From Alphaproteobacteria bacterium (lineage in GTDB: Bacteria; Pseudomonadota; Alphaproteobacteria; Micavibrionales; UBA2020), in contig JAIOQI010000021.1 in the NCBI GenBank assembly GCA_021413445.1, forward strand, positions 47,871 through 111,870: a DNA stretch of 64,000 bases, written 5' to 3'. The position numbers were made by a program, and so were the translations under genes. Under the pieces are notes generated by a model that worked only from the letters and a program-made list of their open reading frames with translations, was not told where the DNA came from and did not search any database. Of the stretch, positions 8,838 through 17,951 are shown piece after piece; the first letter of the stretch is position 1, and the number at the start of each line of letters is the position of its first letter.

Positions 8838-9499
8838 GCTGGATCAAACCCGTACCGGTTGGGGTTCGCCACAAACAGGCTGCAAAGGTCCAGCTTCGCC
8901 AGGCCATTTTTCTTCGCATTGACGAGTTCTTTCATGAAGTCCGCATACGGCATATCAATATGGTGGGTGGCATCCTTGCCGAAGGGTGTTTTTGCCAAAG
9001 CATTAAAAATTATTCTGACCGAATGGCCGGTTTTAGACCGGGTGCCGGACTCATCGGAATAAGAGGCGATGTCGCTCTCGGAAAAATCAAAACCAACCGC
9101 GTTATTGCTGCTTCCCCTGCGCAGGATGGCGCTGATGACCAGGCCTGACTTCGAGGGGGCATTGAATTCATCCGCCAGTTTCGGCACCAGGACATCCTTA
9201 ATAGCCGGCCCGGTGAACGGCTTCAGATCCAAAAGTGAAGCCTGCCTGAAATCCGGTTCGTAAATCATCCGGTTGAGTTCCTGATAGGGGAGCGCCACCG
9301 CAATGGTCACATTGTTTTTCAGGACAAGGGCGGAAACCTTGTCGCTCACATCCATCACATAAGAAATTTCCCCGGCCCGGAAAAGGATAGTGCGAATAAC
9401 TCCGACATTGTTTTTTTCAGGCACCAACGCCTCAATCCGCAGATCCGAGGCATCAAGAGAAATGAAGCGCATGACATGGTCCTTATTTTCCATGTTCAT
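8834..9499 (-). CDS. Hypothetical protein, member B of a tandem paralogous pair (start may be the second ATG at 9493)
   Basis: 221 aa and colinear with member A across the blocks listed for that gene. No family was recognised. Confidence 0.6.
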   Translation of the reverse strand: MNMENKDHVMRFISLDASDLRIEALVPEKNNVGVIRTILFRAGEISYVMDVSDKVSALVLKNNVTIAVALPYQELNRMIYEPDFRQASLLDLKPFTGPAIKDVLVPKLADEFNAPSKSGLVISAILRRGSSNNAVGFDFSESDIASYSDESGTRSKTGHSVRIIFNALAKTPFGKDATHHIDMPYADFMKELVNAKKNGLAKLDLCSLFVANPNRYGFDPA

Positions 9500-9528
9500 A
9501 AGTTAAGGTAAGCTGGCTGTTATGTCAA
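9500..9528 (-). promoter_or_regulatory. Candidate sigma-70 promoter abutting the start codon of paralogue B
   Basis: The minus strand reads TTGACA (9528-9523), then 17 nt, then TAACTT (9505-9500), followed immediately by ATGAACATG. Confidence 0.35.
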
Positions 9529-9556
9529 CTTAGAAATACCTATATAATTCAATATA

Positions 9557-10441
9557 TTAGTCTGGCCAACGGCGGTGAATCCACAGCCATTGCTCGGGCC
9601 GCTCGCGAATCCAGTTTTCGAACTGGCGGTTGATTTCGGTCAGGATCGCGCGGGTATCCTGCTCCTTGTCCCCGGAGCGGGGAATCTCCAGGCGCGGATA
9701 AACCGTGATTTTAAACCGGACGCCGCCCAGACGCTCGATGCGCACCGGCAAGACCTGGCACTCAAAGCGCAGCGCAAAACTGGCGATAGCGGGCGCGGTC
9801 ATGGCCGGACGCCCGAAAAAAGATATCGCCATGCCCTCATTCAGCTTCTGGTCCATCATGATGCCCAGCGCGCCTTTGTTTTTCAGCACTGTCAGCATCT
9901 CCCGCGCGCCCGCCGCGCCCTTCGCGATCAGGCCGACCGAGCCGGTGCCGCGGGCATAACGCAGCAGCCCCTCGACGCCGGGATTATTGGGGCGGCGATA
10001 AACAGGATAGACGTTAAACCCGGCGCGTTTGACGCCGATCGAGCAGATCTCCCAATTGGCGAGATGCGCCGCAAAAAACATCACCGGCCCGCCGCCCGCC
10101 CGCGCCTTATCCAGGTTTTCTTTTCCCGCCAGCTCGACATAGTCCCAGATGCGGTGAAGATGCGCGTATTCCGCCAGCACGCGCCCGAGGTTATCCCACA
10201 TCCCGGCGACGATTTTTTCGCGCTCGTCTGCGCTTTTCCCGGGAAAAACCCGCGCCAGGTTTTTACGCGCCACCGCCGAAGACGGCAAATGCGGCCCGAT
10301 GCTGCGGCAAATCCACCCGCTGAAGCCGGAGGCCGCCCTGATCGGCAGCAGGCGGAAAAAAGCATAGAGGATATAAACCAAAACGGTTTCCAGCGCATAG
10401 CGCAGCCGCCGCAATAGTGGTTTTTTTTGCGTATCGGTCAT
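9557..10441 (-). CDS. Lipid A biosynthesis late acyltransferase (LpxL/HtrB family)
   Basis: 294 aa with an N-terminal membrane anchor and FFAAHLANWE, which is the HX4(D/E) acyltransferase motif. The overall LpxL-like layout and position next to lpxK and waaA support the call. Confidence 0.8.
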   Translation of the reverse strand: MTDTQKKPLLRRLRYALETVLVYILYAFFRLLPIRAASGFSGWICRSIGPHLPSSAVARKNLARVFPGKSADEREKIVAGMWDNLGRVLAEYAHLHRIWDYVELAGKENLDKARAGGGPVMFFAAHLANWEICSIGVKRAGFNVYPVYRRPNNPGVEGLLRYARGTGSVGLIAKGAAGAREMLTVLKNKGALGIMMDQKLNEGMAISFFGRPAMTAPAIASFALRFECQVLPVRIERLGGVRFKITVYPRLEIPRSGDKEQDTRAILTEINRQFENWIRERPEQWLWIHRRWPD

Positions 10442-10442
10442 A

Positions 10443-11441
10443 TTATCTTTTTTGCAGGGCTTGTTCGATCAACGGCACGACCTCGGCGGGGTTTTGCCAG
10501 ACAAGATGAATGGAGAAAGTCTGGACCTTCTGGCGCAAGCTGTTCGGCAGCCGCACATGGTCCTTGGTCGTCGTCAGCAGCAGGAGCCCGCGTTCTTCGG
10601 CCTGCGCCACGATCTCCTTCAGGTCTTCCTCGTCGTAGGGGAAATGGTCGGGAAACTCCATCCAGCCCTCGATGACCGCGCCTGCCGCCTCCAGCGTTTC
10701 CTTGAATTTTTGCGGGCGGCCAATGCCGGCAAAGGCGGAAACTTTCTTGCCCCTGATGTCGGGATTGTTTTCATCCGCCGCCAGGCTGGCAGACAGGATG
10801 GGGATATCTGTCAGGCGCCGGACGTATTCGGCGGCGCCGGTCTTGTCTTCGCCGATGATGACGACGGCATCGGCGCGGCTGAGGCCGAATCTTATATTCT
10901 CGCGCAAAGGCCCCGCCGGCATCACTTGTTTGTTGCCCAGGCCGACCACGCCGTCAATCACCAAAAAGGAAAAATCCTTGTAGATGACCGGGTTCTGAAA
11001 CCCGTCATCCATGATGACGATATTGGCGCCGCTGTCCATGGCCTCCTGCGCGCCGAGATGGCGGTTGACGGAAACCCAGGTGGGCGCCTTCTCCACCAGC
11101 AACAGGGCTTCATCCCCCACATCGCTTGCCGTATCGCGGCCGGGACTGACCTGCAAGGGGCCGCTTTCCGTGCCGCCGTAACCGCGGATCAGCAAATGCG
11201 GATTGTAGCCCTTCTCCTGCAAAAGTTCGGCCAGCGACAGGACGACTGGCGTCTTGCCCGCGCCGCCAGCCACCATGTTGCCGACACAAATCACCGGCTT
11301 GACCATCGGCACAGGGAAATAAAGATCGAACCGTTTGCGCACCAGCCAGCCATAGACCCAGCCGGCGGGAAGCAATAGCAGTTTCAGAAAAACTTCGCCG
11401 GCGGTTTTTTGCCGGTACCAGAAAGCGGGGGTGGCGATCAT
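10443..11441 (-). CDS. lpxK: Tetraacyldisaccharide 4-prime-kinase LpxK
   Basis: It has the P-loop VICVGNMVAGGAGKTPVV and IRGYGG, both typical of LpxK. Confidence 0.9.
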   Translation of the reverse strand: MIATPAFWYRQKTAGEVFLKLLLLPAGWVYGWLVRKRFDLYFPVPMVKPVICVGNMVAGGAGKTPVVLSLAELLQEKGYNPHLLIRGYGGTESGPLQVSPGRDTASDVGDEALLLVEKAPTWVSVNRHLGAQEAMDSGANIVIMDDGFQNPVIYKDFSFLVIDGVVGLGNKQVMPAGPLRENIRFGLSRADAVVIIGEDKTGAAEYVRRLTDIPILSASLAADENNPDIRGKKVSAFAGIGRPQKFKETLEAAGAVIEGWMEFPDHFPYDEEDLKEIVAQAEERGLLLLTTTKDHVRLPNSLRQKVQTFSIHLVWQNPAEVVPLIEQALQKR

Positions 11442-12754
11442 GCGGCCACCGCCTTCATTTTACCCATGAAGGGCGCGATCTCGGCGGAGATTTCATCGAC
11501 GACATGGGACTGGCGCAGCGCCCAGTCTTTGGCGGCGGCGGCCATCGGCGCGAAATGCTCCGGATTTTTTAAAGCCTGCGCCAGCACCTGCTTCAACTGG
11601 TGTTCGTCCGCCACCCTTTGTGCGGCGCCCCGGCTTTCAAAATCATTACAAATGGAAATAAAATTAAACATATGGGGCCCGTAAAAAATCTGGCAGCCGA
11701 GTTGCGCCGGCTCGATGGGGTTGTGCCCGCCGTGGGGCACAAACGACCCGCCCATTATACACAAGGATGACAGCCTGTAGAAGAGCCCCATCTCCCCCAG
11801 CGTGTCGGCGACATAAATATCGTCGCTGGCGGCGGGCAGCGCGCCTTGCGAGCGGAGCCCGGCCTTAAGACCAACCCCGGCGGCAAGGGCGGCGATTTCA
11901 GCGCCGCGCTGCGGGTGGCGCGGGACAATAACACTTAACAGCCCGGGCGCCCCGACCCGAAGTTCCTTATGGATACGGCAGGCGATTTCCTCTTCTCCGG
12001 GATGGGTGACGGCCCATAATAAATGCGGCCGCGCGCCGATGGATTGCCGGAGTGCGGCCAGACGCTCCGCGTCACAGGGCAGCGGCGTGGCCGCATATTT
12101 CAAATTGCCGGAGATTTTGGCCTTCACGGCTCCCAGTTGCAGGAGTCTGTCCACTTCAGCCTGATTTTGCCCCAGGCAGAGCTGAAAAGTTTTCAACACC
12201 GCGCCGATAACGCCCTTGAGCAGAAGCCAGCGGCGGAAGGAAGTCTGCGACATGCGGGCATTGAGGAGGATGGCGGGAATCCGGCGCTGCTGGATTCCCA
12301 GCAGCATATTCGGCCAGAATTCCGATTCCGACCAGATCACCAGGTCCGGCCGCCAGTAATCAAGAAAGTTCTCCGTCCAGTCGGGATGATCGACGGGCAA
12401 AAACTGGTGAAAGGCGCGCGGCGGCAGGCGTTCCGCCATCAGCCGCGCCGAGGTCACCGTGCCGGTCGTCACCATAACCCGGATCTCCGGGTAATCGCCG
12501 AGCATCCTCTGGATCAGCACCAGCAGGGATTGGGATTCGCCGACGCTGGCCGCATGAAACCACACCAGCGGCTTGTCTTCCCGCGCCCGCAGCGGGCGGC
12601 CGAGCCGCTCGTTGAAACGCGCCGGGTCTTCCTTGCCCCGCCGCAAGCGGCGCTGCAGATAGGCCCGCAGCACAGGCGTTGCGCTTTTCATCAAATATTT
12701 ATAAAGGGAAACCAGCATAAGCCCATAGATTGGGTGTTTTCCGGGAAAATTCAA
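11438..12754 (-). CDS. waaA: 3-deoxy-D-manno-octulosonic acid (Kdo) transferase WaaA/KdtA
   Basis: It contains WFHAASVGESQS and GGSFVPHGGHNPIEPA, both typical of KdtA. It overlaps the lpxK start. Confidence 0.9.
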   Translation of the reverse strand: MNFPGKHPIYGLMLVSLYKYLMKSATPVLRAYLQRRLRRGKEDPARFNERLGRPLRAREDKPLVWFHAASVGESQSLLVLIQRMLGDYPEIRVMVTTGTVTSARLMAERLPPRAFHQFLPVDHPDWTENFLDYWRPDLVIWSESEFWPNMLLGIQQRRIPAILLNARMSQTSFRRWLLLKGVIGAVLKTFQLCLGQNQAEVDRLLQLGAVKAKISGNLKYAATPLPCDAERLAALRQSIGARPHLLWAVTHPGEEEIACRIHKELRVGAPGLLSVIVPRHPQRGAEIAALAAGVGLKAGLRSQGALPAASDDIYVADTLGEMGLFYRLSSLCIMGGSFVPHGGHNPIEPAQLGCQIFYGPHMFNFISICNDFESRGAAQRVADEHQLKQVLAQALKNPEHFAPMAAAAKDWALRQSHVVDEISAEIAPFMGKMKAVAA

Positions 12755-12796
12755 GTTTTTCCTGACGATCAGCGCCCGGGCGCTGAAAATAGATGC

Positions 12797-13363
12797 TTAT
12801 GACAATGGTTTCAGGCAATTCAGGATAAAATCCGCCCGCTCCGCCACCGGCATCACCGGCACGCGAATCGGCGTATAGCCGACAGCCCTGTAATCTTCCT
12901 CCAGCATTTTATCGATTTTGTCGGCAATGGCTTCGCTTTCCGTCCGGATGGAATCTTTGACGACCGGCAGGCGGTCAAAAATAAAAACGGCGCGATAGCG
13001 GAAAAGATGCGACGTGGCCAGCGCTTCTATTCCATCCAGCCCGGCCAGCTTGAAATAAGTAATGCTGTCCGGCAGGCCGCGATCCATAAAAATCAGCGCC
13101 TTGACGTCCAGCGCCATTTCCCGCGCCAGCGCGATTTCCAGGATTTCCTTCTGCAGGCGGGAGACGTTTTTGCGGATCTCTTCCAGGGTGCGCCCGTGGT
13201 TCATGCTCATCTCGATCAGCTCGCGCGCCACCTCGCCCTGGATGGGGAAGCCGCGATGCGCCAGCTCCTTTATCACCGAGGTCTTTCCGGACGACGGCGC
13301 GCCTGTTATCACGCACCAGTTCGTTTTGTATTTAAACTTGTTTTGACCGGGGGCCTCCATCAT
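12797..13363 (-). CDS. AAA-type ATPase of the NadR-kinase-like (AAA_28-like) kind
   Basis: It has the Walker A motif ITGAPSSGKTS and a Walker-B-like LIFMDRG, and is small at about 188 aa. I chose the ATG at 13363, which forms ATGA with the EVE gene stop. Confidence 0.65.
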   Translation of the reverse strand: MMEAPGQNKFKYKTNWCVITGAPSSGKTSVIKELAHRGFPIQGEVARELIEMSMNHGRTLEEIRKNVSRLQKEILEIALAREMALDVKALIFMDRGLPDSITYFKLAGLDGIEALATSHLFRYRAVFIFDRLPVVKDSIRTESEAIADKIDKMLEEDYRAVGYTPIRVPVMPVAERADFILNCLKPLS

Positions 13364-13773
13364 GGCTGGATCCCGCCCATTTTGCAAATCGCCACCCACT
13401 CCGCCGCCGTCACCGGCGATACCGACAGGCGCGACTGGCGCACCAGCGCCATATTCCTCAGCTGCGGCTGCGCCTTGATCTCCGCCAGCGCCACCGGTTT
13501 TTTCAAAGGCTTCTCCGCCGTCACCTCCACCATGCCGAATTTTCCGCTCGTGTCTGTGGGATCGGAGTGATAGGGCCTGGACACTTTCACAATCCCGGCG
13601 ATCTCGCGCCCGTCATTGGAGTGATAGAAAAAAGCCCTGTCGCCGGGCTTCATCGCCTTCATGTTATTGGCGGCCTGATGGTTGCGCACGCCGCTCCAGA
13701 CGGTTTTTTTGTCGCCGGCCATCTGTTCCCAGGAATAAACGGCGGGCTCCGATTTCATCAGCCAATAGGCCAT
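13360..13773 (-). CDS. EVE (PUA-like) domain protein
   Basis: 137 aa. MAYWLMKSEPAVYSWEQM...WSGVRNHQAANNMKAMKPGDRAFFYHS...IAGIVKV is the canonical stand-alone EVE domain signature. Confidence 0.85.
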   Translation of the reverse strand: MAYWLMKSEPAVYSWEQMAGDKKTVWSGVRNHQAANNMKAMKPGDRAFFYHSNDGREIAGIVKVSRPYHSDPTDTSGKFGMVEVTAEKPLKKPVALAEIKAQPQLRNMALVRQSRLSVSPVTAAEWVAICKMGGIQP

Positions 13774-13783
13774 ATCAGCGCCC

Positions 13784-14356
13784 TCACGGTTTGGGGAATT
13801 TTTCAGGATAAAGTTTTTTGTAGATCTCGGGGTGGCTTTTCAGCATCGCCTGGCGGTTCTCTTCGGCTTGGCAGCGCTGGTCGGTGATTTGCGGGTGGTT
13901 GAGGACGGCGGCCAGCAGTTTTCCGCCGCGTCCGGACAAAACATCGACCATTTCCACGATCAGGATGTTGGGCGCGGCTATAGGGCGGATGTCGAGCAGC
14001 TTTTCCAGCAAAGCCGCTTCATCATGATCCGGGTATTGCAGCGCCAGCACGCCAAGAGCAATGGCGACGCTGCGCGATTTCCCGGCATGGCAATGGATCA
14101 GCACATCCCCCTTCTCGAGATGTTCCATGACGAACTGTATCCCCGCCTCGACCTGGGCCAGGTCCGGGCCTTTATGCACCTTCTGCTCGGAATCCCAGAA
14201 GCACAGGATCAGTTGCGGCGGGTTCTGCAGCCGCGGCGCGGCCCCCTTGCCGCCCGGCACGGCGCCGGGATGCTCGATGGAGAGAACAGCAACCACCGGC
14301 TGCCGGGCGAGCGCTCCTATAACTTCATCGGCACGGGTGATAATCAAACGTGACAT
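13784..14356 (-). CDS. Putative Cys-based protein phosphatase (dual-specificity/tyrosine phosphatase-like)
   Basis: It has the HCX5R(S/T) active-site loop IHCHAGKSRS and is 190 aa. Confidence 0.6.
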   Translation of the reverse strand: MSRLIITRADEVIGALARQPVVAVLSIEHPGAVPGGKGAAPRLQNPPQLILCFWDSEQKVHKGPDLAQVEAGIQFVMEHLEKGDVLIHCHAGKSRSVAIALGVLALQYPDHDEAALLEKLLDIRPIAAPNILIVEMVDVLSGRGGKLLAAVLNHPQITDQRCQAEENRQAMLKSHPEIYKKLYPEKFPKP

Positions 14357-14358
14357 TT

Positions 14359-15369
14359 TTAACAGCTTTCGAATTTGAGGTGGCGGGACAAAAGTTCTTT
14401 TACAATATCATCAACCGTGGCGCCGTGATGTAAAATATTATTGACGGCAAGGGAAATCGGCATATCGATACCCATCGCCTTCGCGCCGTCGGCGACCGCC
14501 TTCGCGGTCGTGACGCCCTCGCTGACGGTGCGGCGCGACGCCAGAATATCCTCTATGCTCTGCCCCCGTCCCAATTCAAACCCCAGGGAATAATTGCGCG
14601 AGAACATAGAGTGACAGGTGAGCGTCAGGTCGCCGATGCCGGAAAGCCCGAGAAAACTTTCCGCCGTGGCTCCCTTTTTCAGCCCCAGCCGCTTGATTTC
14701 CGCCATGCCCCGGGTCATCACCGCCGCCTTGGCATTCTGGCCGAGGCCCTTGCCTTCGACAATCCCGCAGGCAATCGCGATCACGTTCTTGACCGCGCCG
14801 GCGATTTCGGCCCCGACGGTATCGGGCGAAAGATAAGGGCGGAAAGTCCTGCTGGACAGCGCCTGCGCCCAGTGCTGCGCCTGCGGCAGGGGCGCCGCCG
14901 TGGCGAGCGTGACCGCCGTCGGCAATCCTTTCGCCACTTCGCCGGCGAAAGTGGGACCCGACAGGACGGCGTAAGCGTATCCCGGCACCAGCTCGGCCGC
15001 CACTTCGGATAAAAGTTTTCCGCTGGCGATTTCGATGCCCTTGGCGCAATTCACCAGCAGCATCTCCGGCGCCAGATGCGGCTTGAGTTTCATCAGGAGG
15101 TCGCGCACAAACTGCGTCGGCGTCACCAGCAAAACGATGCCGGCGCCGGCCACAGCCTCCGCCAGGCCTGCGGTGGCGCGAATATGGCGGTTGAGCGGGA
15201 CGCTCGGCAGATAAACGTCATTGCGCCCGGTTTTATTGATGGTGTCGGCAAGGCCGGGGTCGCGCGCATATAAAACAACATGGCGCTCCGCCTCGGCGAA
15301 AACCTGCGCCAGAGCCGTGCCCCAGGCGCCGGCGCCGATGACGGCGATATTATTCAACGCCTGACTCAT
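14359..15369 (-). CDS. gpsA: NAD(P)H-dependent glycerol-3-phosphate dehydrogenase GpsA
   Basis: It has an N-terminal Rossmann motif IAVIGAGAWGTALA, and LSGPTFAGEVA and KNVIAIACGI, all typical of GpsA. Confidence 0.9.
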   Translation of the reverse strand: MSQALNNIAVIGAGAWGTALAQVFAEAERHVVLYARDPGLADTINKTGRNDVYLPSVPLNRHIRATAGLAEAVAGAGIVLLVTPTQFVRDLLMKLKPHLAPEMLLVNCAKGIEIASGKLLSEVAAELVPGYAYAVLSGPTFAGEVAKGLPTAVTLATAAPLPQAQHWAQALSSRTFRPYLSPDTVGAEIAGAVKNVIAIACGIVEGKGLGQNAKAAVMTRGMAEIKRLGLKKGATAESFLGLSGIGDLTLTCHSMFSRNYSLGFELGRGQSIEDILASRRTVSEGVTTAKAVADGAKAMGIDMPISLAVNNILHHGATVDDIVKELLSRHLKFESC

Positions 15370-16235
15370 ATTTTATCCACCGGTATTTTTATATACTGCA
15401 CGCCCTCGACGCTGGAGCCAAAGCTCCCGGCGCGGAGGTTGACCTGCAACGATGGCAACAGCAGCAGCGGAACGTCCTTGTCCTTGTCGGCTTCAATGCG
15501 GTTTTTGATAAAAATATCGCGGCCGACGCCTTGGTTGGCGAGAATATTGGCGCTTTTCTGTTCAGCAATCGTCGCCAGGCACAACGGCCCGCGATTGCTT
15601 TTTTGCGGATAGTCATGCCCCACATACATCCGGTAATCATCGGGCAGCGCCAGGAGTTTGCGGGTCGAGGCGTAGGAATCGGCGGCGCTGCCGCCCGGAA
15701 AATCGCAGCGGCCGGTGCCGACATCGGGCAGGAACATCGCATCGCCGACAAACACGGCGTCGCCGATAATATAGGTCGTGTCCGCCGGCGTGTGCCCGGG
15801 GGTGTGGATGATGCGCGCTTCCAGGGCGCCGACGGAAAAGGTTTCATCATCCTTGAAAAGATAGTCGAACTGCTGCCCGTCCAGCGGCGTGTCTTTTTCA
15901 TTGTGAAAAACGGACTGCCAGGTTTTCAGCACCTCCAGGATATGGCGGCTGATCGCGGTTTTGCCGCCCAGCTTTTCCTTGAGGTAACGCGAAGCCGTCA
16001 GGTGGTCGGCATGGATGTGCGTTTCCAGTATCCACTCCGCCTGAAGCCCCTTCTGTTTCACGAAAGCGACCAGCTTGTCCGCCGATCCGGTCGCGGTGCG
16101 CCCGGACGCCATGTCGTAATCGAGCACGCTGTCGATGACCGCGCATTTTTTGTCCGCCGCGCCCTCGCTCCAGACCACATAGCTCCAGGTGGCGGTGACG
16201 GGGTCGAAAAATCCGCGGACATCCGGTTTTAACAT
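15366..16235 (-). CDS. MBL-fold metallo-hydrolase, persulfide-dioxygenase/glyoxalase-II-like
   Basis: It has the metal motif ETHIHADHLT plus HTPGHTP. I chose the ATG at 16235 (MLKPDVRGFFD) because the longer track ORF would overlap the upstream gene. Confidence 0.75.
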   Translation of the reverse strand: MLKPDVRGFFDPVTATWSYVVWSEGAADKKCAVIDSVLDYDMASGRTATGSADKLVAFVKQKGLQAEWILETHIHADHLTASRYLKEKLGGKTAISRHILEVLKTWQSVFHNEKDTPLDGQQFDYLFKDDETFSVGALEARIIHTPGHTPADTTYIIGDAVFVGDAMFLPDVGTGRCDFPGGSAADSYASTRKLLALPDDYRMYVGHDYPQKSNRGPLCLATIAEQKSANILANQGVGRDIFIKNRIEADKDKDVPLLLLPSLQVNLRAGSFGSSVEGVQYIKIPVDKI

Positions 16236-16248
16236 GTCGCTTCTCCCG

Positions 16249-16863
16249 TTACGCGCAGCCGCCGGGCGATTTGGGCCCCGGTGCGGCAATAATGCTGCAG
16301 GCCCCTGCGGCGGCGGCTTTATTCCACGGCGCTTTGGTCAGCACCAAAGCCATGCCGCAACGGTCGGTAATCCCGGCATAGACAAGGCCCGCACCCACCA
16401 GCAGCGATAATAAATAAAAAGCCGGGGACAGGAAATACCCGAGGATGGAACCAACCACAACCAGCGCCCCGGCGGCAATCCGCACCTGCCTTTCCAGGGA
16501 AATGATTTTTGTTCCTGTTGCCGCGCCCGCCTGCGCCGACGAAACCTCCACGCCACAGCCTTCGCAGGCGACAATCCCCCCTTCGATGACATGAACATTA
16601 GGGTATCCCGCCGCAATGAATTTTTCCGCCGCCGCCCGGGCGCGGGTGCCGCCGCGGCACAGCAGATAGACCGGCGTCTCCCGGTCCAGTCCGCGGCGCA
16701 GCATGAAATCTTTGGGGTTCAGTAAATCCAGCGGCATATGCTCATGCGGGCGCAGCAGGCGCTGGGTCTGGTGCTCCAACGGCGTGCGGACATCGACGAT
16801 AACCGCGTTGGCATCGGGGATTTTCTTCACATCCGCCGCCGGGATAACAGTATAGCCTGACAT
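16249..16863 (-). CDS. Rhodanese-domain protein with C-terminal membrane (YgaP/DUF2892-like) region
   Basis: It has a rhodanese-type active-site loop LLCRGGTRA and two C-terminal hydrophobic segments. The ATG at 16863 is preceded by AAGGAGG. Confidence 0.75.
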   Translation of the reverse strand: MSGYTVIPAADVKKIPDANAVIVDVRTPLEHQTQRLLRPHEHMPLDLLNPKDFMLRRGLDRETPVYLLCRGGTRARAAAEKFIAAGYPNVHVIEGGIVACEGCGVEVSSAQAGAATGTKIISLERQVRIAAGALVVVGSILGYFLSPAFYLLSLLVGAGLVYAGITDRCGMALVLTKAPWNKAAAAGACSIIAAPGPKSPGGCA

Positions 16864-16877
16864 AGCAACCTCCTTGG

Positions 16878-17936
16878 TCAATGTTCTCTAACGGCGTCGG
16901 CATCCAGGGGCCAGCGCGGGTAAACCGGAAAATCAACCGCATCCGTCATCCCCAGCAACAGCCTCTCCATGCCCGCCCAGGCGATCATCGCCGCATTGTC
17001 CGTGCAAAGATTTAAAGGCGGCGCCGCAAAGCGAACATAGTGCCTGGCGCTTATCTTTTCAAGCCCCTGCCGCAGCATCTGGTTCGCCGCCACCCCGCCC
17101 GCCACCACCAGCGTGGGGGATTTTTGCCCCGGATAGAGGGACAGGTATTTTTTCAGGGCCCGCTCGGTGCGGTCATTGACCATTTGCGCCACGCTGTGCT
17201 GGAAGGAGCAGCAGATGTCCGCCGCGTCGCGCCGCTCAATATCCGCCGGCAGCCTGTCCACGATGCGCTTGACCGCCGTCTTCAGCCCGGAAAAGGAAAA
17301 GTCGCACCCCGCCTTGCCCACCATCGGCGTCGGCAGCGGGTATTTTGCCAGCGCCGCCGCTGAATCGGTGCATTCTTTGGCTATTTTTTCCACGGCGGGG
17401 CCGCCCGGATAGCTTAAGCCCAGCAGCTTGGCCGTCTTGTCGAAAGCCTCGCCCGCCGCATCGTCCAGCGTTGTGCCGAGACGTTTGTACTTCCCCACCC
17501 CCTCGACGACCAGCAGCTGGCAATGTCCGCCGGAAGCCAGCAGCAGCAGGTAAGGAAAGGGCACGTCTTCCGTCAGGCGCACCGTCAGGGCATGCCCCTC
17601 GAGATGATTGACCGCGATCAACGGGAGGTTGTGGACGGCGGCGATCGCCTTCGCCGTCATGACGCCGACCAGCACGCCGCCGATCAGGCCGGGGCCGGCA
17701 GTGACGGCAATCGCGTCAAGCTCCTGAAAACGGAGCCCGCTTTCCTGCAAAGCCTCCCTCACCAATGTATCGATGTGGTTGAGGTGCGCGCGAGCGGCGA
17801 TTTCCGGCACCACGCCGCCGAAGGCCAGATGTTCCTGCTGGCTCAGGACCAGATTGGCCAGAATTTTCTTGTCCTCCGTCACGATGGCGACGGCGGTTTC
17901 ATCACAACTGGTCTCGATGCCTAAAACTTTTTTCAT
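16878..17936 (-). CDS. tsaD: tRNA N6-adenosine threonylcarbamoyltransferase TsaD
   Basis: [26 protein letters not shown] and [10 protein letters not shown] are typical of TsaD/Gcp. Confidence 0.9.
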   Translation of the reverse strand: MKKVLGIETSCDETAVAIVTEDKKILANLVLSQQEHLAFGGVVPEIAARAHLNHIDTLVREALQESGLRFQELDAIAVTAGPGLIGGVLVGVMTAKAIAAVHNLPLIAVNHLEGHALTVRLTEDVPFPYLLLLASGGHCQLLVVEGVGKYKRLGTTLDDAAGEAFDKTAKLLGLSYPGGPAVEKIAKECTDSAAALAKYPLPTPMVGKAGCDFSFSGLKTAVKRIVDRLPADIERRDAADICCSFQHSVAQMVNDRTERALKKYLSLYPGQKSPTLVVAGGVAANQMLRQGLEKISARHYVRFAAPPLNLCTDNAAMIAWAGMERLLLGMTDAVDFPVYPRWPLDADAVREH

Positions 17937-17951
17937 GAGTTATTGTAGCAT

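Noticed and set aside
8400-9200. Assignment of the tandem paralogues as bona fide PilZ / YcgR-like c-di-GMP receptors.
   Set aside because: Only a partial resemblance exists (RRxxxN and D/N-I-A-S). The second Arg and the glycines of the canonical RxxxR / DxSxxG motifs are absent in both copies. I keep this only as a low-confidence hypothesis inside the finding, not as an annotation.
12770-12785. A perfect 16 bp palindrome CAGCGCCCGGGCGCTG between the ATPase gene and waaA, considered as a terminator.
   Set aside because: No U tract follows it on the minus (coding) strand, and waaA begins only 16 nt beyond it. It is more likely an mRNA-stabilising or processing hairpin within an operon, and it cannot be called an intrinsic terminator.
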